Part shown: in pieces, positions 10,079 to 20,009 of the stretch | Numbering within the stretch: position 1 is the stretch's first letter | How the letters are laid out: each line of letters begins with the position of its first letter | Source: an uncultured Clostridia bacterium | GTDB taxonomy: Bacteria; Bacillota; Clostridia; Christensenellales; UBA1242 | NCBI GenBank assembly: GCA_944381205.1 | Contig: CALWKG010000005.1 | Location: 1-59,961 of the forward strand | DNA: 59,961 nt | Direction: 5' to 3' | The notes under the pieces: model-generated | The model's input: only the letters and a program-made list of their open reading frames with translations | Databases searched by the model: none | Told to the model about the DNA's origin: nothing | Made by a program: the position numbers and the translations under genes

Positions 10079-12163
10079 TTACAATTTTTCAATCAATTTT
10101 AAGTCAATCTTACCTGCATTTTCAACTTTAATAACTTCTACCTTAACACTATCGCCAATATTTACAACATCTTCAACTTTTTCTACTCGTTTATTTGAAA
10201 GTTTTGAAATGTGTATCATACCATCTTTATTAGGGCTTAAACTAACAAAAGCCCCAAATTGCATAATTTTTACAACCTTACCAATAAAAACTTGCCCCTT
10301 TTCTACATCTATAACAATTGAATTGATAATTTTCTTTGCCTTTTCTGCACTGTCACTATCGGTAGAAGCAATCCAAACTTTACCGTCGTCGTCTATATCA
10401 ATTTTTACACCTGTTTCGTCTATAATTTTGTTAATGGTCTTACCGCCTGCACCTATTACGTCCCCTATTTTTGTAGGGTCAATGTTAAAACTAATAATCT
10501 TTGGTGCATATTTGCTAAGATTTTCTCTTGGCTTATCAATTGTATTTAACATAATGTTCAAAATATACATTCTGCCGTCACGAGCCTGATTTAAAGCCGT
10601 AGTCAAAATATTTTTGTCTATCCCCTTAATTTTTATATCCATTTGAATAGCAGTAATTCCCTTTTCTGTCCCTGCTACTTTAAAGTCCATATCTCCAAGA
10701 AAATCTTCCATACCTTGAATATCACTTAACACAGCAACCCTGTTAGACTTGGTATCTTTTATTAAACCCATTGCGATGCCCGCAACAGGAGCCTTAATTT
10801 TTACTCCGGCATCCATAAGGGATAAAGTAGACCCGCAAACACTAGCCATAGACGAAGACCCATTGGAACTTAAAACCTCGCTCACGAGTCTTAGTGTATA
10901 CGGAAATTCTTCTTCGCTAGGGATAACTGCTTCAAGAGCCCTTTCAGCGAGTGCTCCGTGCCCGATTTCTCTCCTGCCAGGACTTTTTAAAGGTCTAGCC
11001 TCCCCTGTTGCATAAGGTGGCATATTGTATTGATGAATATATCTTTTGTTATCCACATCATCTAAACCATCTAACTTTTGTCCTTCCCCAAGAGTCCCTA
11101 AGGTACAACAATTTAAAACTTGCGTCTGTCCACGTGTAAACACAGCACTACCGTGAACTCTTGGCAAAACCCCAACTTCACACCAAATAGGTCTAATTTC
11201 GGTTAATTTTCTGCCGTCTGGACGTTCACCTTTATCTAAAATTTTTGCCCTAACCTTTTCTTTTGTCATATTGTAAAGAACTTCACTTATCATACTTTGC
11301 CCGTCGACAAAAATGTCTTTAAAATGTTCTTGGGTTTCGACTTCTACTTCATCTTGCCTAAGTTGTCTAGTTACTCTATCAAAAGTATCTAGCGCATAAT
11401 CTAACTTTTTATCCGCGAAATCTCTTACAGCACTATTTATTTCTTCTGTTGGCTTAAATATAGGCAAATCAGTTCTTTTTTGCTTACCAATTTTGCTAAC
11501 AATATCTTCTTGAAAAACAACAAGTTTTTTTATTTCTTCGTGAGCAAACATAATAGCATCTAACATTTCTTTTTCGCTAACTTCTTTTGCACCTGCTTCC
11601 ACCATTAAAATTGCTTCTTTTGTACCACTAACAGTCACGTGCATATTGCTTTTTTCACTCTGCTCTACCGTTGGGTTAATAATATATTTGCCATCTACAC
11701 AGCCTACCACCACACTGCCCGTTGGTCCCGCAAATGGAATATCAGATATGCTCAGGGCAACACTTGATGCTAACATCGCAAGTGGTTCTGGGGCTATATC
11801 CGGGTCAACCGAAAGAGCTGTGCAAACCACCGCCACATCGTTATAAAACCCCTTTGGAAACAAAGGTCTAAGCGGTCTATCGATAAGCCTAGATGTTAAA
11901 ATAGCCTTATCACTAGCCTTCCCTTCACGTTTTTTAAACCCTCCTGGGATTTTCCCAACAGAGTACATCTTTTCTTCATAGTCAACACCTAGTGGGAAAA
12001 AATCTATGCCATCACGTGGACTTTCTGCCATAGTAACTGCACACTGAACAACTGTTTCACCACACTGAACCCAGCAAGTACCGTTTGCTTGTTCTGAATA
12101 CTTACCTGTCCTTACAATTAATTTCCTTCCCCCAACTGTCGTTTCAAATACACTTTCTTTCAT
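10079..12163 (-). CDS. pnp: Polyribonucleotide nucleotidyltransferase
   Basis: RLIDRPLRP, RREIGHG, SNGSSS, DFLGDMDFKVAG, KH (IGAGGKTI) and S1 domains. Confidence 0.98.
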   Translation of the reverse strand: MKESVFETTVGGRKLIVRTGKYSEQANGTCWVQCGETVVQCAVTMAESPRDGIDFFPLGVDYEEKMYSVGKIPGGFKKREGKASDKAILTSRLIDRPLRPLFPKGFYNDVAVVCTALSVDPDIAPEPLAMLASSVALSISDIPFAGPTGSVVVGCVDGKYIINPTVEQSEKSNMHVTVSGTKEAILMVEAGAKEVSEKEMLDAIMFAHEEIKKLVVFQEDIVSKIGKQKRTDLPIFKPTEEINSAVRDFADKKLDYALDTFDRVTRQLRQDEVEVETQEHFKDIFVDGQSMISEVLYNMTKEKVRAKILDKGERPDGRKLTEIRPIWCEVGVLPRVHGSAVFTRGQTQVLNCCTLGTLGEGQKLDGLDDVDNKRYIHQYNMPPYATGEARPLKSPGRREIGHGALAERALEAVIPSEEEFPYTLRLVSEVLSSNGSSSMASVCGSTLSLMDAGVKIKAPVAGIAMGLIKDTKSNRVAVLSDIQGMEDFLGDMDFKVAGTEKGITAIQMDIKIKGIDKNILTTALNQARDGRMYILNIMLNTIDKPRENLSKYAPKIISFNIDPTKIGDVIGAGGKTINKIIDETGVKIDIDDDGKVWIASTDSDSAEKAKKIINSIVIDVEKGQVFIGKVVKIMQFGAFVSLSPNKDGMIHISKLSNKRVEKVEDVVNIGDSVKVEVIKVENAGKIDLKLIEKL

Positions 12164-12211
12164 TGTTCACTCCTAAAACTCACTAACCTTTAAGTTATTT
12201 CAACTAAAATC

Positions 12212-12250
12212 AAAAAAAACGAGCAAAAAACAATTATCTGCTTTTTACCC
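12212..12250 (-). terminator. Intrinsic terminator after rpsO
   Basis: CGGGTAAAAAGC/GTTTTTTGCTCG stem (with G-U pairs) followed by a T run. Confidence 0.6.
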
Positions 12251-12262
12251 GCCATAAAGCAA

Positions 12263-12523
12263 TTATCTAATGTTAAGGGCTTTTTTAAGTTCCCTAAACT
12301 TTGTGATATCTTCTTTTTCTAGATAATTCAAAAGACCCTTCCTTTGTCCAACTAATTTAAGAAGTCCCCTTCTAGAATGTTTGTCCTGTGGATTTGCCCT
12401 TAGATGCTCTGTTAAATGATTAATCCTTTCTGTCAAAAGGGCAATCTGGACTTCGGTAGACCCTGTGTCTTTTTCATTCCTAGCAAAAGTTTTGATAATC
12501 TCTTGTTTTTTTGCTTTTTCCAT
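12263..12523 (-). CDS. rpsO: 30S ribosomal protein S15
   Basis: [23 protein letters not shown]...[15 protein letters not shown]. Start at MEKAKK after AAAGGAG. Confidence 0.98.
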   Translation of the reverse strand: MEKAKKQEIIKTFARNEKDTGSTEVQIALLTERINHLTEHLRANPQDKHSRRGLLKLVGQRKGLLNYLEKEDITKFRELKKALNIR

Positions 12524-12544
12524 AATCACAAATCTCCTTTTAAT

Positions 12545-12666
12545 AAAATCACCATAATACCAAACAAGCGCTAAGTGTTGCCACGGTTTTAAATTAAACC
12601 TAGGAGAATCACGCAAATTTAGTAACAGGCTATGAACATATTAATTCAATAAATTGTCTTTGTCAA
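12545..12666 (-). promoter_or_regulatory. rpsO sigma-A promoter plus probable S15-binding leader RNA
   Basis: TTGACA-17-TAATAT (12666-12638), then a ~100-nt relatively GC-rich 5' UTR. S15 autoregulatory leaders are established in Bacillota. Confidence 0.5.
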
Positions 12667-12759
12667 CTATTATTTTTTTTATTATAAAATTATACATACA
12701 TTGACACATAACAATTTTTTTATAAATTGGCACAAAATTTTTATTTTTTTATACTAAAA

Positions 12760-13695
12760 TTACCTGTAATAGAAATCTGAAATTATTCCTGTATTGTCTA
12801 AAACCTTTTTTGCATATCTCTTATCCATTTGATAGCCTAATTTCTGCTTATACTCTTTTTCAGCATTTTCTGCGTCTGCTCTAAATAATTCTTTTGAAAA
12901 TCTAATCCTATCATTTTTATCAAAATGTTCATCTAACTGTAAGTTATCTCTAATTCTATCAATAGCCTTTTCTACCCTATAAGAGCGTGGCAAAAACTCT
13001 GAGTCATATTTTACATCTAAAATATTTTGGCTTAGCACCCTGTCGTCAAAAGATGTAACAGAAGGGCTCACAATTACGCAATCTTCTACCCAGCCACAAT
13101 AGTTAGTCCTATATAAAGTTGCATTTGGGTTATATGTGGTATCAAAAGCGGACATTCTAATAAGCCTAGATTTTATTAAATTTTGAATTGCATTTGGCTC
13201 CATAACTTCAATCAAAGGCTTATTCCCTAAAAGTAACCTATGATATGGTTCAATATCTTCTGCTCTGTTTTTTCTATTAAAGAAACTTTTTATTAAATCC
13301 AAACTGGTTTTATTTTTCTTTCTCAATTCATCTATATGCCTATTGTATTCACCTGCTGGGACTAAATTAGAATAAAATTGCCCTTTCACACTATCACAAT
13401 CAAAATTTTCAGTATAAAATTCGTGTTCCTTTAATACCGCAACGTTACCGTTTTCTAAATCAATAGGCAAGATTTTAGGGGTATTTATACCTAAATTTCG
13501 TGCCAAATAATGTTCCATAATTTCCATATCAAGTAATTTTTTTGTTGTATATTCTAGTTTAGCAATACAACTACCATCAGAAAATCTTCTATCCAAAAGA
13601 GGTTCTTTTGTTTCTAAATATCTAGCAAGTACTGAATATTTTAATCCGTTTTCTGTAAAACTCCTTCTTTCATCTTGTACTAACTCGTCAATCAT
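12760..13695 (-). CDS. Atypical-kinase-like paralog 5 (HipA/CtkA-like fold, probable pseudokinase)
   Basis: Shares LGINTPKILPI, LIRMSAFDT, YDSEF and KLGYQMDKRY blocks with its neighbours. Start MIDEL after AAAGGAG. Confidence 0.55.
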   Translation of the reverse strand: MIDELVQDERRSFTENGLKYSVLARYLETKEPLLDRRFSDGSCIAKLEYTTKKLLDMEIMEHYLARNLGINTPKILPIDLENGNVAVLKEHEFYTENFDCDSVKGQFYSNLVPAGEYNRHIDELRKKNKTSLDLIKSFFNRKNRAEDIEPYHRLLLGNKPLIEVMEPNAIQNLIKSRLIRMSAFDTTYNPNATLYRTNYCGWVEDCVIVSPSVTSFDDRVLSQNILDVKYDSEFLPRSYRVEKAIDRIRDNLQLDEHFDKNDRIRFSKELFRADAENAEKEYKQKLGYQMDKRYAKKVLDNTGIISDFYYR

Positions 13696-13711
13696 TTTTA
13701 TCTCTCCTTTA

Positions 13712-14926
13712 TTATTTTGAAAATTCTTCTGCAATCAATTCTTTATTTTGTTGAACCGCTTCCAAATACCTTCTGTTGATTTTATATTTTGTCTTATCTT
13801 CGTACTCTGTTGCAATCTCCTTTGCGTCGACATTATTTAATTCATTTGCAAAATCAGCACGTTCCCTTTTATCCATAATATTGTTTAACAACTTATTATT
13901 TCTAATATTATAAATGGCTTTTTCTAACTTACAAGCCCCCTTTGAAAATTCTGTACGATACCTAAAATCCTTTAAATCTTTTTTTGCCGTAAAAGCATTA
14001 AACGAACCATTTATGGGCACTATGTCTTCTATTAAACCGCTATCCCCAACATAATATGCCGTACTAGTTAAATAGTCTTTTGTGTCAAACGTAGACATTC
14101 TAACAAGTCTTGTTTTAGTTAAATTTACTCCCGCGTTTATAGTAAAGTCTTCCGCCAAAAATTCTCTACCCTTTACGAAAGGTCCGTGAGGAATTTGCCC
14201 ATCACTTAAATAAATTTGTTCCAAATCATTTGATAAAGTACTACTGTATGTTTCTGGCTCAAAAAGTTTAAAAAACAAGTCTGGACTCTTACAAAAAATA
14301 TCTGCCATCGTAATTCTTGCCTGTTCGTTATTAAATACAAAATCGAAAAAATCTTGTAGTTTTTTATTATGTTTCTCTATATCTTTTTCTATATTCTTTT
14401 GACATAACTTTAAAAATAATAGTGGATTTTCACCAAAACATTCAACAAGAGTCTTATTGTAGTAATTAAAGGTCTTATCTATATGGTCATCTCCTGCCAA
14501 AATTACAGCAGGAAAATATTTTAAAAACTCCACAACATCTGGGTCTGTAATGTTGCCTTTTGACATATCCTTTTCTAGCATTGCCACCACGTGTCCGTTC
14601 ATATCGATAGGTAAAAATTGTGGAGAAATCAAATTTAACTTTGACAAAATTAAACTTTGCAGTATATTCATATCTTCCTGCTTTTTAGGTCCCCTATATC
14701 TAAGGATATATTTACTTCCATCATTTAACACGATTGGGGCTACTTCCTCAGAATAAATACTATATTGTCCGTCATTATAAAGATTACCCTGTTCGTCAGT
14801 GACGATGACAGAAAATAACTCGTTTAAAGTATCCTCTTCTTGAATATAATGTTGTAGTACAGAATACTTTAATCCCCTATCCGTTATACTGTTACGTTTT
14901 TCTTTTAAAATACTATCAATTAACAT
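13712..14926 (-). CDS. Atypical-kinase-like paralog 4 (probable pseudokinase, with central insertion)
   Basis: LNLISPQFLPI, LVRMSTFDT, YRTEF, KTKYKINRRY. ATG abuts the upstream stop (TAG-ATG). Confidence 0.55.
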   Translation of the reverse strand: MLIDSILKEKRNSITDRGLKYSVLQHYIQEEDTLNELFSVIVTDEQGNLYNDGQYSIYSEEVAPIVLNDGSKYILRYRGPKKQEDMNILQSLILSKLNLISPQFLPIDMNGHVVAMLEKDMSKGNITDPDVVEFLKYFPAVILAGDDHIDKTFNYYNKTLVECFGENPLLFLKLCQKNIEKDIEKHNKKLQDFFDFVFNNEQARITMADIFCKSPDLFFKLFEPETYSSTLSNDLEQIYLSDGQIPHGPFVKGREFLAEDFTINAGVNLTKTRLVRMSTFDTKDYLTSTAYYVGDSGLIEDIVPINGSFNAFTAKKDLKDFRYRTEFSKGACKLEKAIYNIRNNKLLNNIMDKRERADFANELNNVDAKEIATEYEDKTKYKINRRYLEAVQQNKELIAEEFSK

Positions 14927-15811
14927 CTACTTGACTAATTCCTCACAAATATTGTCTTTGTTTCTTGAAACACTGTCTGCTAACTGAGCATCAACTTTTA
15001 GCCCTGTCTTGTCAGCAAAATTTTCTACTTCTTCTTTTGTGTTAAAGGTTGAAAGACTTTCCACAATTTCATCTTTTTGCTCTTTATCTAAAACCGATTG
15101 CAAAATACTATTTTTGTTTGCGGTTTTTATTAAATCTGCTGAGTATAAAGGGGTTAAATTAAACTCATTTTTGTACATCAACCTTTCGCCTGATAATCCT
15201 TGATTAATGTCCGATAAATTAGCATCATTTTTTGTCGCAAGGACTTCATCTACTGTTGACCACATATGGTCTAATTTGTAAATATTAGATAAGTTGCTAG
15301 TTGTATCAAAAGTCGCCATTCTAACAAGTCTAATCTTAAACAAATCAATTAATGCTTTATCACTAAAATTTATGTGCGTATCTAATGCTTCTTTGCTAAA
15401 AATCTTATCTACTAACCTATCTCCGTCCGCAAAGTTTCTTAAAATATCAATTGCCCGCTGATTATTTTCCATATTAGCACTTTCTAAGACTTTACGATAG
15501 TCAAAATCTTCGTTTAACCTATTATGAAAATTATATGCACTATAAATGTCTTTTTCGGACTTTATATTATCAATCTGCAAAATTCCAGATACAATGCTTA
15601 CTTCATTATTTTCGGTAGCAATAGGTAAAATATCAGGAGCATTAATCCCCAACTTATGACATAGTAAATTAAACATTATATTAGAATCACACTCTAATTT
15701 TGACACCTGTTGTATATTCGCTTTTACTGCATCAGACAGGCGTCCCTGGGCCTTTACTCCCTTATATTCCTCTACATAATGACTTAAAACTAACAAATTA
15801 AGATTTTCCAT
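14927..15811 (-). CDS. Atypical-kinase-like paralog 3 (probable pseudokinase)
   Basis: LGINAPDILPI, LVRMATFDT, YKNEF, KTGLKVD. Start MENLNL after GGAGG. Confidence 0.55.
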   Translation of the reverse strand: MENLNLLVLSHYVEEYKGVKAQGRLSDAVKANIQQVSKLECDSNIMFNLLCHKLGINAPDILPIATENNEVSIVSGILQIDNIKSEKDIYSAYNFHNRLNEDFDYRKVLESANMENNQRAIDILRNFADGDRLVDKIFSKEALDTHINFSDKALIDLFKIRLVRMATFDTTSNLSNIYKLDHMWSTVDEVLATKNDANLSDINQGLSGERLMYKNEFNLTPLYSADLIKTANKNSILQSVLDKEQKDEIVESLSTFNTKEEVENFADKTGLKVDAQLADSVSRNKDNICEELVK

Positions 15812-16050
15812 TTTTTCCTCCAAAATTTTTTAAATTTATAAACTGTATTTGACAATTTTCTTTTAATTCATATTGCAAAATCACATTTTACACACAACAC
15901 AATATTTAGCACTTGTTTGTCTTTACTGAAACACAACAATCTAACCTTATATTTTAACCTGAAAGGCTTTTATATTTTATTTTAACACCATAGAACTAAT
16001 GTTTTTAATTATAATTTTCTACAAATATGCAAAAACATATGATATAAAAA

Positions 16051-17082
16051 TTACCTTTTTAACTCTTCTACGATTTCACTAATCTTGCCTTCCACCGCGG
16101 TTGTATATTTTTTGCTAATTTCATAGCCAGCATTTTGCTCGCTGTATTCTTTTGCAAAAGAACTCAATGAAATTTCACTTAAACTATCAGCCATTTCTCG
16201 TATTCCGTCTTTACCAAAAGCATCAGACACAACATCGCTTTGCTTAATTTTTTGAGCAATTTCGCTAATAGGTAGCGCCTTTTTAGAAAACTCACTTTGA
16301 TACATATCAGATAAATTACTTGTGTCTTTGTCGCAATTTTGAGTGTATATAGTAAGCCTATTAATGTTATTTAGCATCGGAAACACGTCTGTAACAATGC
16401 GTTTTCTGTTTGTATAATAAAGATTATTTCCAGAAACAAGTGACCTATCAAAGGTGGCAATTCTGGCAAGTCGAGATTTTACAATATCTCTTATCGCTTT
16501 TTGTTCAAAAAACCTTGAAAAAGCATATACCTTATCTTGATTTAAAAAGTCATCTGCCACATTACCTTCTACAATTTGCTCTATGTCCTTATCCACTATG
16601 TTTGTATGTAGATTATACAAACTTTCATCGTTATCAAAACTTTGTGACGATATATACTTCTTCATAGCAACTTCAATCTTTTTGGAAATATAATTGTAAA
16701 TGTCTTTTTCGGATTCTGATAGCCTATCACTTTCGGTTAACTTTTCGCAGATTTCCACAAAGGCACCATAATTCATATATGTTCCATATTCTTCACCAGA
16801 AATAAGTCTATTTCTATTTAATCCTTTTGGCAATTCAAATTCGCTTTGCATTACCATTTTTTCGTCTTGCAAACTATATACTGGCTTAATATTTGGAGCC
16901 TTTAACCCCAATTTTGTTGCTATATATGCCTGAACAATGTTTGCATCGTTTTCTTCCTTTAAAACTACCTTTGGGGTATCTATATGCTCTTTTTTGCAAA
17001 CTTCAATGTTGTTCAAATCAATACCCTCTATCCCTTGAATGTAATGTCTAAATATTGTAAGTTTTCTTTCATTATTTTTCAT
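16051..17082 (-). CDS. Atypical-kinase-like paralog 2 (probable pseudokinase)
   Basis: LGLKAPNIKPV, LARIATFDR, YQSEF, AGYEISKKY. Start MKNNER after AAGGAAG. Confidence 0.55.
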   Translation of the reverse strand: MKNNERKLTIFRHYIQGIEGIDLNNIEVCKKEHIDTPKVVLKEENDANIVQAYIATKLGLKAPNIKPVYSLQDEKMVMQSEFELPKGLNRNRLISGEEYGTYMNYGAFVEICEKLTESDRLSESEKDIYNYISKKIEVAMKKYISSQSFDNDESLYNLHTNIVDKDIEQIVEGNVADDFLNQDKVYAFSRFFEQKAIRDIVKSRLARIATFDRSLVSGNNLYYTNRKRIVTDVFPMLNNINRLTIYTQNCDKDTSNLSDMYQSEFSKKALPISEIAQKIKQSDVVSDAFGKDGIREMADSLSEISLSSFAKEYSEQNAGYEISKKYTTAVEGKISEIVEELKR

Positions 17083-17098
17083 TGTAACTAACTTCCTT

Positions 17099-18094
17099 TT
17101 ATTTTGCTTGTTCAATATTTGTATCAACCCTTTTTGTATTTTTTCTAGACGAAATTGTGCTGAAAGCAGTTTCCATATCCGATTTTTTACTGTTGTCTTT
17201 GTACATTTCCGTTTGAATTTCGTCCAAAAATTTTTCCTTATTATCCTGCATATATTTAATATATTTTGGGTCTATTTCGTAATTCATATCATCTTTTATC
17301 TCTCGCGCAACTTTAACGTAATCTAATTCCGTTAATTGTAAAATAAACTTGTGTAATTCAATGTCGTTTAAGAATTCCCTTGCATCGTCGCTATTTGCAA
17401 AACTTTGCAAAAGACTAGTCTGCTCTTGAAATTTAGTTGTAAATTCACTTCTAAATGCAGGATTTCCCCACTTTTTTTGTTTTTGTCTTAGGTAGTTCAA
17501 ACCACTCATACCCCCAGTAAGCGGTGTTATATCTGTCACCTGCCCTGCCTTTGACACAGAATACATAATTTGATTTACATCTCTATTTGGAACACCAAGA
17601 ACAGCATCTAGTAAACTTAATTTTAATCTTTGTTTTATGCTTTCACCTGTAAAATAAGTCTTTTGCAACGCGGCCAAATTGTCTGGATTACTAAAAATAT
17701 GATTGACTTCATCTTCGTTTATTTTTAGAATTTTGGATACTTTTTTGTCAAATGTAGATGCCCTTTCCATTCTCCCACGGTCAATGTCATCACACATAAC
17801 AGTTAGTTTACCGCCCTTTATTACTGGAAAATACAAAGGGACTTCATTAAATCCCAATTTATTATATACGTAAGAGGTCAAAATTTCGCCATCTACAATT
17901 TCCCTTTCTGTAACACCTTCTGGCGCCAAATAAAAATTTCCGTTTGGGGTATAAACTTTGGTTGAAGACCAAATCCCAGTATCCACTACACTTTCTTCAC
18001 ATTTTTGACCATTTTTTACTAAATTTTTATATAAAATCGCTCCGTTTTCCTCAAAATCATCTTTAAACAAATTTGCTAAAATTTCTCTTTTCAT
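17099..18094 (-). CDS. Atypical-kinase-like paralog 1 (closest to HipA/CtkA-like kinases)
   Basis: GEILTSYVYNKLGFNEVP (cf. ExLAxxIxxxLGxxVP), LLDAVLGVPNRDVNQ (cf. DxxxxNxDRHxxN), ITPLTGG (cf. LAPxFDxG), FRSEF. Confidence 0.6.
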   Translation of the reverse strand: MKREILANLFKDDFEENGAILYKNLVKNGQKCEESVVDTGIWSSTKVYTPNGNFYLAPEGVTEREIVDGEILTSYVYNKLGFNEVPLYFPVIKGGKLTVMCDDIDRGRMERASTFDKKVSKILKINEDEVNHIFSNPDNLAALQKTYFTGESIKQRLKLSLLDAVLGVPNRDVNQIMYSVSKAGQVTDITPLTGGMSGLNYLRQKQKKWGNPAFRSEFTTKFQEQTSLLQSFANSDDAREFLNDIELHKFILQLTELDYVKVAREIKDDMNYEIDPKYIKYMQDNKEKFLDEIQTEMYKDNSKKSDMETAFSTISSRKNTKRVDTNIEQAK

Positions 18095-18129
18095 AGTACA
18101 ATTTCCCTTTTACTTTAATTTCTGATACC

Positions 18130-18158
18130 ATTTTACCACCTTTTATCTGCATTTTCAA
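18130..18158 (-). promoter_or_regulatory. sigma-A promoter of the paralog array
   Basis: TTGAAA-17-TAAAAT with an extended TG. Confidence 0.65.
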
Positions 18159-18220
18159 TAGGCAAAAAAAATTTTTTTATGATTTTTACCATTTTTTACA
18201 TAACGGCTATAAAATGTATA

Positions 18221-18248
18221 TTGACTAAATGGAAATTTATTATATAAT
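18221..18248 (+). promoter_or_regulatory. sigma-A promoter of the divergent orphan gene
   Basis: TTGACT-16-TATAAT. Confidence 0.6.
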
Positions 18249-18300
18249 CAATTTAGTTAAAAACAAAAATTTGAATGTATTTATTAAAAAGGGGTTAAAA

Positions 18301-19239
18301 ATGTTTGAACAACCGGTAAAATATAAAGTAAGCGCTCACAAAGGTATTTATGAAAAATCTAAGGAACAAATTGATTTTGAAACTCAACAAAACCTAAAAA
18401 TATGTCAAGATGCCAATTTGCCAACGTATGACGTTTGCCCAACAATTATTAGGGCATTTGACGGAACGGCCTGCGATACTTGGGGTTTATCATTAGATGA
18501 AGTTATTGATTTTTGCGTTAAACAAAAAGACGATGCCCTACTTAACTACCTTCAACCAAAACCTGCGTTTTTTGAAAATGAAGATGCTATAAAAGATTAT
18601 AATTGGAATTTATACACCACGCACGTTAATCAAAATGTCAAAAGTTATGAAGATTTAATACATTATTTGATTAGGTTTCAGGAACTAAAAAAATCGTGTA
18701 AAGACACAGAAGATAAAATTTTTATAAAAAAATTAGAAAAAAAGTTTTTTGAAAAATGTGACAATATCCAACTTTTAAGTAGAGTAAACTTTATAATGAA
18801 AAGACATAATATTAGTAAGCCCGAAGCAATTGTTAGGCTTGCAAGTATTGACTCAAAAAGAGAAGAGAAATATTTGCACGAAGAAGGAAAATTTTTGTAT
18901 TTATTAAAAGACGACTTGAAAAAAGAAGCATTGAAAGCCCAAAAATTAACAGAAAAACAAAAAGAAGAAAAACAACAATCCTACTTAGATAATTATTTTT
19001 TTCATATAAATTGCTATAAAATTGCTAGCAATAAAACATACGATTATACACAAGCAAATCTTAATTTACAAAAATTTTTGATGTACTCAAACCCCGACCT
19101 AAAATATTTACAGGAAAAAATGTTGCGAGGAAAAATACTAGATAGGTCATCAAATCATACAATTTTATCAGAATATATAAATCACGAAACAAATTTAGAA
19201 AAAACAAATGAAAATAATAGCCAAGATAAAGAAATGTAA
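18301..19239 (+). CDS. Hypothetical protein (312 aa, charged, no recognised domain)
   Basis: Long ORF with AAGGGG SD before ATG 18301, its own promoter and a downstream terminator. Confidence 0.75.
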   Translation: MFEQPVKYKVSAHKGIYEKSKEQIDFETQQNLKICQDANLPTYDVCPTIIRAFDGTACDTWGLSLDEVIDFCVKQKDDALLNYLQPKPAFFENEDAIKDYNWNLYTTHVNQNVKSYEDLIHYLIRFQELKKSCKDTEDKIFIKKLEKKFFEKCDNIQLLSRVNFIMKRHNISKPEAIVRLASIDSKREEKYLHEEGKFLYLLKDDLKKEALKAQKLTEKQKEEKQQSYLDNYFFHINCYKIASNKTYDYTQANLNLQKFLMYSNPDLKYLQEKMLRGKILDRSSNHTILSEYINHETNLEKTNENNSQDKEM

Positions 19240-19363
19240 AAACATTTAAGACACAATGAGAAATTATATAAACACTAATTGTTAAACAACTTGTAATGAT
19301 AGACAAAATTAATTAAATACCGACTAGATAATAGTTAAAATAACTTTCCACCTAAAAAAGGAC

Positions 19364-19400
19364 TAAAAAAACACTACAAACTAAATTGTAGTGTTTTTTT
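19364..19400. terminator. Bidirectional terminator
   Basis: AAAAAAACACTACAA...TTGTAGTGTTTTTTT inverted repeat between convergent genes. Confidence 0.8.
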
Positions 19401-19419
19401 ATATACTAAAATTTACCTA

Positions 19420-19953
19420 TTAAAATTCTTCACAAAGAACTTGAAAATAACTCATAGGGTGCTTACATACTGGGCAAATATCTGGGGCTTTATCTCCTTC
19501 TATTCTATGACCACAGTTTCTACATTCCCAAACAACCTTCTTTGCTTTGGAAAATACTTTGTTTTCCCTTACGTTTTTTAGAAGGGCTTTATATCTTTCT
19601 TCGTGGTGTTTTTCAATTTTTGCCACACCTTCAAATTGCTCTGCTATTTCTACAAAGCCTTCTTCCCTTGCGGTTTTAGCAAACTCCTTATACATATCTG
19701 TCCATTCGTAATTTTCCCCCTGCATAGCCGCTTCCAAATTCTGTTCGGTAGTTCCTATTCCATTAAGGGCTTTAAACCACAGTTTTGCGTGTTCCTTCTC
19801 ATTATCTGCGGTTTTGGTAAAAATTTCAGCAATTTGCTCATAGCCGTCTTTTTTTGCCTTACTTGCAAAATAAGTATATTTGTTTCTAGCCTGTGATTCT
19901 CCTGCAAAAGCAGTCCATAAATTTTTTTCTGTTTGACTTCCTTTAAGTTCCAT
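19420..19953 (-). CDS. rbr: Rubrerythrin
   Basis: [27 protein letters not shown] and a rubredoxin domain CRNC...CPVC. Confidence 0.97.
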   Translation of the reverse strand: MELKGSQTEKNLWTAFAGESQARNKYTYFASKAKKDGYEQIAEIFTKTADNEKEHAKLWFKALNGIGTTEQNLEAAMQGENYEWTDMYKEFAKTAREEGFVEIAEQFEGVAKIEKHHEERYKALLKNVRENKVFSKAKKVVWECRNCGHRIEGDKAPDICPVCKHPMSYFQVLCEEF

Positions 19954-20009
19954 ATAAACCTCCGTGATTAAATTATATCAACAAATATGTCTTTTTGGCA
20001 ACTAAAAAA

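Noticed and set aside
12760-19239. Prophage or mobile island
   Set aside because: No integrase, transposase, phage structural gene or flanking repeat was seen, and the composition looks like the host's.
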